Positions 12,255 to 24,689 of a stretch of 64,000 nucleotides of DNA are shown in pieces (the stretch's first letter is position 1; the number at the start of each line of letters is the position of its first letter). Under the pieces are notes generated by a model. The model ran no database searches. It worked only from the letters and a program-made list of their open reading frames with translations, and had not been told where the DNA came from. This stretch comes from Octopus bimaculoides (lineage: Eukaryota), in NCBI RefSeq assembly GCF_001194135.2, contig NC_068981.1, positions 115,839,045-115,903,044 on the forward strand. The letters run 5' to 3'. Position numbers and translations under genes: made by a program.

Positions 12255-12418
12255 GTATTTTGTCTGTCTTTACATTCTGAGTTCAAATTCCGCCGAGGTC
12301 GACTTTGCCTTTGATTCTTTCGAGGTCGATAAATTAAGCACCAGTTACGTACTGGGGTCGATCTAATCGACTGGTCCCCTCCAAAATTTCGGGCCTTGCG
12401 TCTAGAGTAGAATAGATT
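12255..12418 (+). mobile_element. SINE family A, 3' part of the split copy
   Basis: Resumes GTATTTTGTCTGTCTTTACATTCTGAGTTCAAATTCCGCCGAGG... It is followed by ATAAATTTCCTTGTAAT (12419-12435), matching ATAAATTTCTTTGTAAT (7710-7726) before the 5' part. Confidence 0.92.
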
Positions 12419-12514
12419 ATAAATTTCCTTGTAATGTTTAGCTTAGAATTATAACATTGTTTAGTCCATTAAAGTTTCAATACCTACTCAGCCTCATTAG
12501 CTGAACGAAATTAT

Positions 12515-12718
12515 AATAAATCTTTCTATTAAGGGTACAAGGTTTGAAATTTTCGCAAGAGGGAATAGTTAATTACATCGACCCCAGTAGCTGACAGGTA
12601 ATTATTTTATTGACCGTGAAAGGATGAAAGGCACGTCTGACCTCGGCGGAATTTGACCTCAGAACGGTCGCTAAGTATTGTGCTAGACGTGCTAACGATT
12701 CTGCTAGCTTGCTGTCTT
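12515..12718 (-). mobile_element. SINE family A
   Basis: Reverse-complement copy (GACCTCGGCGGAATTTGACCTCAGAAC...CTAACGATTCTGCTAGCT). Confidence 0.85.
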
Positions 12719-13035
12719 ATAGTTATACTATTTTTTTTTTCACTTCGTTTTGTGGTATGTAATTAAAGATAGTCACACCAATGTAATTAATAAAATCATC
12801 ATCGATAAATTTATACTGAACTTTAACAATGAAATATATGTATATGTTATTTGAGACATTCTGTTGCATTTATGCAAATGTACATATAGTATTATAGGTG
12901 TATGGTTTGTGTGTACATATGCATGTCTATAAACCTATATTTATAAACGTGCGCATACACATACATGTATGTGTGTATGCACTTCTTCAAACGTATATTT
13001 AAAAATATACGCATATACATAGGCATACATTTATA

Positions 13036-13091
<56 letters not shown>

Positions 13092-13984
13092 GCGCGTTTT
13101 GTTTCAGTACTATAATTTGTTTAATATCCTTCACTGCAGATCTGACTTCTATAGGCCATGAATCAAATTATTCTACCATTTATGGAGATTAATTTCTTAT
13201 TTCGCCTTTAGTTTCTCAGCGAAAGACTTCTGAATCGGATTAAATATCACTCATAGATAATAAAGCCAATTCCTACGAACACAGTGTAGGAAGTGAAGTG
13301 GAGCATGGTTATATACAATAAGAACACCTACATACAATAAGACACTGATAAAAAAAAAACTAAGAATACTACACGCATACAAACACACACATGCACACAC
13401 ATGCACACACACACACACACATACATACCATACAGACACAGCATGTGAGGAAAAAAGTGAATTTAAGAAAAATGTGAAACAAAGTGCTGAGACATATATA
13501 GTAATGAATGGAAGAATAAGTAGAGAAGAACATATGTACATTAAATATCGTTTAGTGAACGATGAGTAACGACAATACCGATAGCTATAGTAATGATAAC
13601 TATATATATATATGTCAAATAATAATTTATGATTGTGTTGACGGCTACGAATACGTTGATGATGGAGATGGATAACGATAACAATGATTCTAAATTTACC
13701 ACAAAGCACAAATTTTAAGTCAAAGACTTAAATCGATTCATGGGACCCAGCGGTTACTATACTAATTTTATTGAACACAGAGAGGTTTGAACTGAGTTTT
13801 TAAACAAATGCAGTTAGATATGGGATGAAGAAGACATAACCGATTCCAGCATTCCTCACTAATACAACGAATGATTTCCAACATAAGCATTATGCTTATG
13901 AACGCAAAGAGACTGAACACATGGCGCAAGACAATTTAATTTACGATCTAATCTTACAAGTGCGTTGTATTGAAACAATAATAA

Positions 13985-14199
13985 TCCTTTCTACTAAAGG
14001 ACAAGGCCTGAAATTTTGTGGGGAGAGGACTAGTCGATTATATCGACACTAGTGGTTCACTGGTGCTTAATTTATCGACTCCGAAAGGATAAAAAGCAAA
14101 GTCAAACTCAGCCGAATTTGAACTCAGAACGTAAAGACGGACGAAATGCCGCTAAGTATTTTGCCTGGCGTGGTAACAATTCTGTCAGCTTGCCGCCTT
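13985..14199 (-). mobile_element. SINE family A, full length
   Basis: Reverse-complement head, B box and tail all present. Confidence 0.88.
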
Positions 14200-14299
14200 A
14201 ATAACTATAATAATGATAATGATGATAATAATAATAATGATGATGATGATGATGATGATGATGGGTCTCGTTAAGCATAAAGGGTTTTAAAACATTGTG

Positions 14300-14560
14300 G
14301 ATGGTGCAGGATAGTACAAAAAAAAATGTAAACAATAAAATAACAAAAATAAAGCAACGAAAAATTCAATAGTTTTCCAAAAAGAAGGAGACTTCAAAGA
14401 GTCACTCACAAAATCATGATCAATCAGATCGCTAGGGCAAGCTGTCATCAGGTTTTATTCTTAGACAACAAGCTCATGTTAAACGCAGGCCAGTTCACTC
14501 GAGCCATCCTCACCACTTTCATTCACCGTTCAACAAGTTTGTCGGAGGCAGCAATTCCAC
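14300..14560 (-). mobile_element. Old Tx1-family 3' fragment (ORF2 C-terminus plus 3' UTR)
   Basis: Minus strand LVER*MKVVRMARVNWPAFNMSL matches the ORF2 end at about 51705-51780 (KFIERWMK..MARVNRPVLSMRL*). Confidence 0.55.
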
Positions 14561-14639
14561 TTCCATCTTAATTTACCGTTTCGAGTGGAAATTGCAAACA
14601 TTGAAGGGAACATGGTCAAAGCGATTCAGCGATTTTAGT

Positions 14640-14992
14640 CTAGTTAACCAGACAACAGTTGGTAACAAGTCGACATCACTCGGCCACAGCGAGTTCGTAG
14701 AGAACATCTTGTTGCTCTGCATACATGTCGAGCAGGCCTGAACGACGGCACTTACATGCCTCTAGTTTACACCAAACTATATATGCCTATCGGAAGCACT
14801 ATCGGGTCAGAGATTTCTCGAAATTATTCTCGAAGTTGAAATTGCCTGACCAGATGCATAGTGTTCCACTCGTCAGATGTCTAAATTATCACAGAGCAGA
14901 GTGGAAGGAAGTGCTTTGCTCAAGACGATGCACTGTCAGGTCTGGAAATCGATACTTTGATCTTGCGATCGTAAGTGCAACACCCTGACCTC
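14640..14992 (-). mobile_element. tRNA-derived SINE, family D
   Basis: Reverse complement begins GGTCAGGGTGTTGCACTTACGATCGCAAGATC...TCGATTTCC. Body is similar to 39652-39920. Confidence 0.55.
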
Positions 14993-15021
14993 TCACACAC
15001 ACGTACACACAAATACATATA

Positions 15022-15065
<44 letters not shown>

Positions 15066-15937
15066 AAGAAAGAAGGAGAGTGTCAGAGTCAATAGATTGA
15101 AAGAGGGGGATAAGGAGATACATGTTTGTGCATTAAAGAAAAAGTGAAAGTAGACAATGCAAATAAATTCAGTATTTATTGTCATTTCTGTGGAATTAGA
15201 AATTTGAGGAGGCGTAGAAATCTTATTGAAGTGCAGTTAAGACCAGGTAATTTTAGAGATGTCAATGCAACAAAAGTGCACCCACTGCTCATATACCTGT
15301 GGCTTTGCATTGATGGTAAATTCAATATCTTCAATAAAAATAGTTCCATAAATAAACGATCAACATTAAAGTTTAAATACTGCCACGAAAATATCCTCAT
15401 TCTTTAAATCTCAATACGACAAGCGAATCAGACAGAATTAGCAAAAAGTAAATAGTTGAAGAAATGGATGTCTATAAATCACCATGCCGTCATGTCGTAC
15501 ACAAGACTAACCGGATTAACAGGTGTGAGTATAAATACACAAAAATATACAGACTTGTATGTATGTATGTATGTATATGTACGCACACGGGCGCGCGCAT
15601 ACAGACACTCCCCCCCACACATATGTCTACTAAATGGTTATGAGCTACTAATAGCTTCATATACTGAATATATTATCTAGGGCGGGTTTAAAACAACTAG
15701 AAATCAGGACAACAGAATAAGAGAAATTACGAGAAAAAAAAAAAAAGGAAATGAAAGTGGGTTCAAACAGTGGAATTACAAGAAAAGGGAAAAATAAAGG
15801 AAAAAGAAAAATTAGAATTAGAGTTATGTCCCCTGTGACCGTAGAGTTATAAGGCTAGATGGTGTAGAATCGACGGAAAGGGCTTAAAGTCTGCGATGCA
15901 GCTGTTCAGTAGGCACACGCACATATGTATTTTAGTT

Positions 15938-15995
<58 letters not shown>

Positions 15996-16059
15996 CCTAC
16001 CTATCTATCTATCTATCTATCTACGGTGGTGCAGATGCACACTTATTACATATCCGTAC

Positions 16060-16290
16060 ACAACAGCACGCTAAGTTCGGGTGACGTGTTGTGTCCTTGA
16101 GGAAGGCAGTTCCTTTCACGTTGTTCCAGCACACTCAAACAAAAATGAGTACAGACGACAGCTAATGGGGTCAAGCCATAGTGGGGGTGGGGGGATTGGC
16201 ATCCTGTTCGGAGCAGAGCCTTTCACCCCTCGTTACATAAACGGAAACTGAGGTAACCTCCAGCGTAATGGATATGTAAGGTCAAGATAG
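16060..16290 (+). mobile_element. Decayed SINE with a CORE-like central domain
   Basis: TGTGTCCTTGAGGAAGGCA...TTCCAGCACACTC..AAATGAGTAC resembles CORE-type SINE bodies. Confidence 0.45.
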
Positions 16291-16418
16291 ACTTTAACTT
16301 TGTACGGAGAGAAAGGTATACATAAATACATATATGTATTTATATATGTCTATATGTACGTACATACGTCCGTACATACATACATACACACATACATGCA
16401 TGCATGCATACATACATA

Positions 16419-18696
16419 GATATGAGAAGTAAAAAGAGGACACTCCCTTGCAAACTGATTATCCTCAAGCAGGAGCTAAAAGATATCAGTGAGAAACTCC
16501 GACATCAGAAAAGAATAACCGAGAGAAAAACAATAAACAAAAATTCAACTAGAACCAAGCAGAGACATCAGAGGTAACATCAGAGGAGACATACAGAGAC
16601 ATTAGAGGAGAAGCAATGAACATCACAGAACCATCTTCTCGAAAAGACACACTTCTGGAGGAAAAGCTGGATCAAAGAGAAGTAGTTTAATCAAGATGCT
16701 CTGCGGTTGCAAAAAATTCGAAGAAGTTATTGTCCATGCATTACCCCAAGACACATAGCATTGATGGTGATACCTTTATAACTGCGATCCAGAAACTTCA
16801 GGATAGAAAAACACCTGGAAGAGACTTGATTGTTAGATATTAGTTCAAGAAGCTAACTTCCTACCGACCATATCTTATGAACCTGTACCAGGAAGCTCTC
16901 AATGGAAATAGTAGCATATCACACTGTTTCCCAAATGCAGAACTACCATCATGGCAAAAAAACTACCGGCTAATTGCATGCCAAAACCCTAGTGTATAAG
17001 ATATATACAACATGTTTAAACCTCCTCCTCCAAGACCATTGTGAAAGCGATAGCATTATTACAACAGAACACGCAGCCGGGAAGAATGGAGTCTGGGTAT
17101 GTGCCGAGAAATTGTTAATAAACAAAATGTAATGTCAAAGATGCGGTGGAATAGAAAGAACCTAGTTTCAATGTGGCTAGACTACAAGAAAGCCTTTGAC
17201 TCTCTTCTAAACTCATGGATGCTAGAAGCCCTTCAGTTTACTAAAGTTCCAGTGAACATAGTTAAAGCCATAGCTAACTTGACTTCATCGTGGGCCACCA
17301 CCTTGAAATTAAACACAAAGAGTGACTGTATTATCACTGATAGTATACAGTGTCACAGAGGCATATTCCAAGAGGACAGCCCCTCTGTGATGTTGTTTGT
17401 ACTTTCTGTAAACTCCTTGTCATTCATGTAAGGAAGTCTGAAAGATATCTCACTGGTTCACATGGGAACAGAAATACCATGGCCGCAGTTAAATGACTGA
17501 AAAATTAAAAGAGTAAAAGAGTAATGGCACTTGTAACAAAATAAGCGCCACTAAAGAATATTACAGTCGAATAAAGAAAATTTGGAGCTTTCTGCATTAG
17601 AAAAAACAAAAAAACTACATCTCACAATTTGTTTGCAGTACCAGTACTTATACCAACATTTGGGTTGCTTGAATTGATGCTTGATGAGATCCGAAGCTGA
17701 GACTTGGAAAGCAACTCCTTGAGAAGCATTCCTTGTCTGATAACTTTAAATACATGTCCAAATATGTCGTACGATTCTATTCAATGTATCATTAGTATGT
17801 GCGTATGTGCAATGTATCAATATGTGCGTATATTAGCAGACGACCATACATAGATACGTAAGTAGAAAACTCCGAGATGATAGTAACATTGATCATCAAA
17901 GCAGTCTATCATAGACTAACAACTAGATTACAACCTCCCACTTTGATGGGGCATGCATTTGCAATTTAGGAACAGGAAATATCAACCAAATACGTGATGC
18001 ACAAAAAGGATATAGACTTTGTGGAGTTAACACCAGAGATATCACACACATCATAAGCAGTTGTCCAAAAATGTCATCACGGTATTATCTACCAGTGAGC
18101 AATGATGTTGTAACTAAGACACTGTGTAACGAGATCCGCCGAAAAGATAACTTCGAGGACAAAAAAATAAGAACCCACAATATGGTAGAAGCCATAGCCA
18201 CTCATATCAAAAAGGAGTAGTGGTGGAATGTCCCAGTGAAAACCTCATATAAAATGTTAGCACAATAGTCCTGATATAATGATTTAGGATAGAGAATAGA
18301 AACTGTGTACAGTTGCGGAAATCAGCTGTCTAGCGGATGTTAACATAAAGGTGAAAATCAGTGAAAAAGAGACTACTTACGCTGAACTATTGAGAAATCT
18401 GCAGTTATCCTATCCAGATTACGAGTTCACGTTTATACCTGTAATTATTGGAGCACTGAGATATGTAGCACACTGCCTAAATAGTAATTTTGAGAAATTA
18501 AGCTTCTCAAAACCAGAAGGGAGAAAGTTGATTTGAAGTCGACAGAACCAATTCATCATTGGAACTGAAGAAATTTGTAAAACTTTCGAGTTTATCATTT
18601 AGTTATATATACCAGCATGTCAAGATATGCAAGTATATGTATCAGAAGACAGATAAAGCATACAAATCTGCACGTATACATACATACATACATACA

Positions 18697-18725
<29 letters not shown>
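16419..18725 (+). mobile_element. R4-clade (restriction-like endonuclease) LINE, (CATA)n-associated family, copy A
   Basis: RT motifs WLDYKKAFDS and GIFQEDSPS (17099..17431), IISSCPKMS, and the RLE tail YAELLRNLQLSYPDYEFTFIPVIIGAL (18351..18536). Starts right after (CATA)n and ends in a (TACA)n tract. Confidence 0.85.
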
Positions 18726-18727
<2 letters not shown>

Positions 18728-19424
18728 TTGTACTCACATACACGCACACATGAAAGTATGCACGCACAAAACACAAACATATGTATGTATCAATATATAA
18801 GACTTATTCGAAACTGCAATTTCTGGACTTGCAATCTAAAATTTTTCCGTGTACATGCATTATAAATACACATGCACTCACACATACACACACTTACACA
18901 CATTTACACACGTACACACTTATACGTGTGTGTGTATGTTTGTGTGTATGGATATGTATGTATATGTGTCTACGTGTGTATATATATATATGTATATATA
19001 TACGTGTATATATATATATGTATANNNNNNNNNNNNNNNNNNNNNNNNNNNNNNNNNNNNNNNNNNNNNNNNNNNNNNNNNNNNNNNNNNNNNNNNNNNN
19101 NNNNNNNNNNNNNNNNNNNNNNNNNNNNNNNNNNNNNNNNNNNNNNNNNNNNNNNNNNNNNNNNNNNNNNNNNNNNNNNNNNNNNNNNNNNNNNNNNNNN
19201 NNNNNNNNNNNNNNNNNNNNNNNNNNNNNNNNNNNNNNNNNNNNNNNNNNNNNNNNNNNNNNGATATACACATGTGTGTATATTTATGTGTGTGTGTGCT
19301 TAAATATATGTGTACGTTTGTGCGAGTATCATAATCGTTTTTCTTTTAACGTACCTACTGGTAACTGTCAATTTTTTCTTCACAATAATTTATTCTTTCC
19401 TTTTTTTTCATTATTATTATTATT

Positions 19425-19428
19425 ATCC

Positions 19429-19493
<65 letters not shown>

Positions 19494-20015
19494 GTTGTTG
19501 TTAATCATTCCCCTTTCCTTTCTTCTTTTGCACGCCTTTAATACAAAACACTCTCCGTTCTCACTTTTTCTCTTCAAAAATATTTCAGCATATGCCTTCT
19601 CTCGGAAATATTTAATAGCATTTTTGAGAAATAAACTGTCATCTGTATATTTCGCATTTAAAAAGTGATCATGCTTATGATTAATACCAGGATCATAATC
19701 CATCATCACTATTTCTTCTTCTTCTTCTTCTTCTTCTTCTTCTTCTTCTTCTTCTTCTTCTTCTTCTTCTTCTTCTTCTTCTTCTTCTTCTTCTTCTTCT
19801 TCTTCTTCTTCTTCTTCTTCTTCTTCTTCTTCTACTTCTTCTTCTTCTTCTTCTTCTTGTTTCATTATTATTATTATTAATTTTAGTTATTATTATAATT
19901 ATTAGTATTATTACGTTATTATTATTGTTGTTGTTGTTGTTGCTGTTATTATTATTATTATTATTATTATTATAATTATTATTATTATTATTATTGATGT
20001 TGGTATTATTATTAT
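19425..20015. repeat. (ATT)n, long (TTC)n and (GTT/ATT)n trinucleotide arrays
   Basis: Directly visible; source of the poly-E/F/Y pseudo-ORFs. Confidence 0.95.
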
Positions 20016-22543
20016 CGAAAATATAAAAGAAAATTGCTTGTGAAAGACCGTCTTAATAACGTCAGTAAAATATACCTTTACAGTCAACATCACCCCACAC
20101 CACATCACATCACTCCGACACCACCACCCTACCACCAACGCCATCACCAATACATCTTCTGATCCAAGTAGTTTCATTACTAAAGGGCTTTAACCAGCAA
20201 TTGTTTAGGTAGTGTTAACACCGACAGCCTTACTAAAGCATTTTAAATCGAATTACGTCTTCGCAATTGAAGACAAAGGGTGAGAGACTATCAGCCGAAT
20301 TATCTTTTGTCTTCACGTCTCTGATTCTCGATTCCAAGTGGTTTCTTTTCATACATACAATTCACAGAAAATGTTGCAAACCTTGCCTTTCAGAGTACTC
20401 ATATTTTTCTTTGTTTTTATATATATTTTTCAAATTTTCGAAAAATAGCCTTAAGTAATTAATTCGTATCATTTTAATTATATTCTAAACAACAGATGAG
20501 AAATTCTTCAAAATTCAGGAATGAGAAATAAAAAAGAAATGTATACAAAAATGAATTGGACATTTAAATGGACTATAAAATGATTTAGGAGAGAAAAGTT
20601 AATAAAACAGTTTTAAAATACTTTTATCTCAGATATTTGTGCAGTTTCTTTCCATTCCACTCAACCCACTGTTGGTTTTGATTCTGAATAAGTAAATTTT
20701 GATCGTGTTTGTTCGATAAACAAAATGAGTAAATTAGTGAAATTTAGAATAAAACACACTCACACTAGCATACAAATGCACATATACACATGTATACACG
20801 CATACACAATCAAACACACACTCATACGTATGGATGCGTAATCAAACATAAGATTCTTAATAAATATGAAATTATTTTTTCCTTGTCTACAAGTAATTAT
20901 TTAATTGATTATTGACAAGATCATCAATGTTTATTAAATATTCCTATTAGACACTTTATCGCGTACCTTACTGATTCTTGTCAATGAATTAAAAATATTT
21001 GTAATATTTAGTAATTCAATAATATTTACATTCAAAGTGATGGTTAATTACATCGAAAGCAAATTCCCTTTTTTTCCCCCAACTATTGAGTGTATAGAGT
21101 TAACACTTTCTGCTTGAATGCAAATCAGGTTTAAGTGTCTGCTCTTCCTAAATTTTGTAAGATTTTAACTACTCATCCAAAATATTTCCATTCCTTAATT
21201 TTCTAAGGAAATACACCAAACGTGTAAGAGGCTAAACTAACGGATGAAAATATCATTTCTGAAATAAGGATCTGTGTCTAGAACCTTACCATGGCCATCT
21301 CAATTCGATGAAACCCTTATAATTAATTTTTCCTCCTGAACAGCTTTAAGCTGAGGATGGTTTAGGGACCTATGTCCATGGAGCCAGTATTTTTTTATCA
21401 AGTACATTATAGAAGTTGTTAGAATATTAATTTAAATAGAAAATATCTTGGTACGATTTCATATCATTCGTACCCCTTATGTCAGAGAAGGAGTTTCCCC
21501 TTTTCGTTACACTACGGCATCAAAAATTCGAGGCTATGTCGTATTCAAGAATCGACAAAATACAGTTGACTCAATACTAGAATGCTGTTTCGAATCATGC
21601 TGGAGATACTTTACTAGGCTGATGAGTCAAGTCGAGTTGTGATATCAGGCCACTACTGTTTACGCCCACGAACCGTTGTAACTCGAAATGTATTATGCCA
21701 CCGAAGTATTTTATCGCTGATAATAACTGAGTAAATGTAATATGAGTGTTGTAATGATAATTTGTCTGTATAACTATTCTATTTAGCTGTTAATGAAAAG
21801 GAAATGTTTTACTCAACTGGTCACTCGATTGTTACATACCAGTGTCTTTTGGAAGGAAAGCGTATCAGGAAAGTCTGAGTAAGGTGTAGGGAAAACGAAA
21901 GCATTGTGAGAAAAGCAGTAGGGGGAAAATGTGGGTAAAAAACAGAACAAAGAGCAAAGAAAAGAAACCAAAACAGAATATTATACTTTCGTTTATGGCA
22001 TCTATCAGAACAGTGGGTTATAGAAATATATCCATCGATACACTGGGAAATGTTCAGCGAGAGTTATATCAAAATTTCCCGACTAAAGGGAAAATGAGGT
22101 GACAATACAAAAGTTTTTGACAGAAATGATTAGAATTGCGCTTATTTATAAGCAACATCAGTTACGAAAGACTATGTATCTGCTGATTTTAAACTTAAGT
22201 GTAAAATATATTTCAGTAGGAGATCATTATCGTTTGCCCACAAATGCAGTGCTTCGCTACATGACTATTTTGGGTTTTACTAACCCCAGTGCTTCCAATA
22301 TAATTTCCATTTTCTACATCCGGTCTGGCTTGTTTTTTTTTTGTTTTTTTTTTACACTGTGTACAATTTAATCCGGGTTACTTGATTAGAACATCCAGAC
22401 TTATTAACTATGATATCAGATGTATCCTTCAGGAATTTGTTAGTGACTTTACTTAAATTTTTTATATTAAAGAGCTTGTAAAACTTGGAACTATCAGAGA
22501 TCTACCTTTGTAATAATGCTAAGCCTCTAGTTACGAAATTCCG

Positions 22544-23388
22544 GGATCTAGTTCAAAACAGGGGCGCCAGTATTTTCTTAACGAAACACTTTGAAACTTG
22601 GGACACTGGTAGAATGTGTCATATAAAACATCTTTTTCTCTTAGTCTTCTTAAGAAAAATTATTATATTGCAACTTATTTCATGTTAAAGTTGTCGTATT
22701 TCTGTAATTTCAACCAATGACTGACGTCCATTCAGCCGAATACAGTAAGTGCTGACTACGTAAACAAACGATTCTCAAACGATTCTGGCGGTGATAAAAT
22801 TATTATTTCCTTGTCAAAAAATGGCTGAAGCATATTGGCAGTAGGGTTAGGGTTAGGGTTAGGGTTAGGGTTAGGGTTAGGCAGTAGCTAATANNNNNNN
22901 NNNNNNNNNNNNNNNNNNNNNNNNNNNNNNNNNNNNNNNNNNNNNNNNNNNNNNNNNNNNNNNNNNNNNNNNNNNNNNNNNNNNNNNNNNNNNNNNNNNN
23001 NNNNNNNNNNNNNNNNNNNNNNNNNNNNNNNNNNNNNNNNNNNNNNNNNNNNNNNNNNNNNNNNNNNNNATATTAAAAATAAAACGAAGGAAAACGAACA
23101 CACGTGTGTTGCCTCTCTGCAAAATGTCAGAAGTAATGGAGATTAAATACGCTTTACACCGCTTAAACTGCCAAAGGAATAACTGTAAACAGCTGAATAC
23201 TTGTCAGTGATTGGTTGAAATTATCGAAATAAGACAATTTTTTTACATGAAATAACTTCGAATACAAAAATTTTTTTCTGTTCTATAACACAAAATAGAT
23301 AAGTATACGAAGTTTGAAAGTCTTTCGGTACCAAAAACACTACATAAAACATAAATGAAAACTGGTGCCCCTGTTTTGAACTAGATCC
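22544..23388. mobile_element. Non-autonomous DNA transposon (MITE) with long TIRs, 8-bp TSD and internal (TTAGGG)n
   Basis: TIR GGATCTAGTTCAAAACAGGGGC(G/A)CCAGT at both ends (28 bp, 1 mismatch). Inner inverted similarity at about 22690-22728 and 23203-23238. TSD AAATTCCG at 22536-22543 and 23389-23396. Confidence 0.88.
22842..22881 (+). repeat. Interstitial telomere-type repeat TAGGG(TTAGGG)5TTAGG
   Basis: Directly visible inside the MITE. Confidence 0.95.
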
Positions 23389-23399
23389 AAATTCCGGTT

Positions 23400-23675
23400 A
23401 CCATTCTTACTAAAAAACAAATCTATTTTGTACTCTCTGTTCTTCCTGAGTTTCTTGAGAACGTACTCGGTCAAGAAGTTGATCTTTATACTTAATACAT
23501 TATTGTAAACATTGACAGTTTTGTTGAAAGTGATTTTATCTGAAAATGTGTTGCTCGTTAATAATACATTAGCTCTGCGTTAAGGTCTTAATATATACCA
23601 GTGCCTAGATCTAATAAAACATGCAGGAAATTAACTGTTCTAAGGCTGACTGTAACTGTAATCAGACTGATCCCC
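23400..23675 (-). mobile_element. Penelope-like RT relic
   Basis: Minus strand [28 protein letters not shown] resembles the PLE motif GLxITxxxNLKxVNFLDVTLDL. Confidence 0.6.
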
Positions 23676-23723
23676 TTCAAAGAGGTGTGTTTGTGTGTGT
23701 TTGTTTGTGTGTGTGTGTTTGTT

Positions 23724-23840
<117 letters not shown>

Positions 23841-24643
23841 GCGCGAGCTTTCACTGCTTATGTTTCTATAAACGTATGCAAAAACTGAAACTTCTTTGTA
23901 ATGTTGCTGCTTGTGAAGTTAATGTAGTCTTGTTATTGTTATTCTGATAACTATTGTTATTATTGTTTTCAGATGAGTGTGGGTCTTGGCGGGTAATGTT
24001 GTGCTGTGCCCTTTATCATTTATATATTATTTATTTATTTACTTACATATGTATTTATGCATTCATTTATTTATAGGTTTGTATATTTCTATGAAACTGA
24101 CATAATACTCAAACATTATGATTGAAATGTTTGAACCGAATAGAGAACCCTATTGTTCGTAAAACATCTAGGATAGCCAGTACTATCTCTTAGGAATTTT
24201 TTTTTTAACATTTTCTCTACGAGGCTATTACATTCTTTCTTTTAAACAAAAATTCTCTTCTTTTCTTTCTTTCTCCATCTCTTTATCTTTTTTTGCTTAT
24301 CCATGAATGTAATTCAGTCACTGGAAAATACCGAATCTTCTACAGAAATATTGTTGAAGCAATAAATGAATAAATAAATAAACAAATAACTTTAAAAATA
24401 GAGATGTAAAGAAAAAATATGAATATATGAGGTGATAAGAGCGCGAGTAAGTTTCCGTTATGAAAAGAATCTTTCTAGCCAGCCTGTTCTATCTTCTACA
24501 TTCAATAGATAATCGTTTTCTAAGATTATTTTTTGTTTATTTTTAATATTTTTGCAATTTTTCATTGCATTGTTATTAAATATATTTTTATTTTTCTATT
24601 ACGCTACCACTATTTCTCAACAACTTCGTACATATCCATCCAT

Positions 24644-24679
<36 letters not shown>

Positions 24680-24689
24680 ATATATATAT

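Noticed and set aside
19380-19880. Poly-E, poly-F, poly-N and poly-Y ORFs
   Set aside because: These are translations of (TTC)n and (ATT)n microsatellites. The same applies to the many CVCV/HTHT/YIYI/SLSL ORFs throughout.
20371-20448. Signal-peptide-like short ORF MLQTLPFRVLIFFFVF...
   Set aside because: It stops after 25 codons, its hydrophobicity is explained by T-richness, and it has no good splice donor.
21560-21635. Pair of AP-1 sites (TGACTCA, TGAGTCA)
   Set aside because: 7-mers are expected by chance in 64 kb and there is no independent regulatory evidence.
22842-22881. Chromosome end or fusion scar suggested by TTAGGG repeats
   Set aside because: Only about 6.5 units, enclosed within a TIR/TSD-bounded element, with no head-to-head arrangement.
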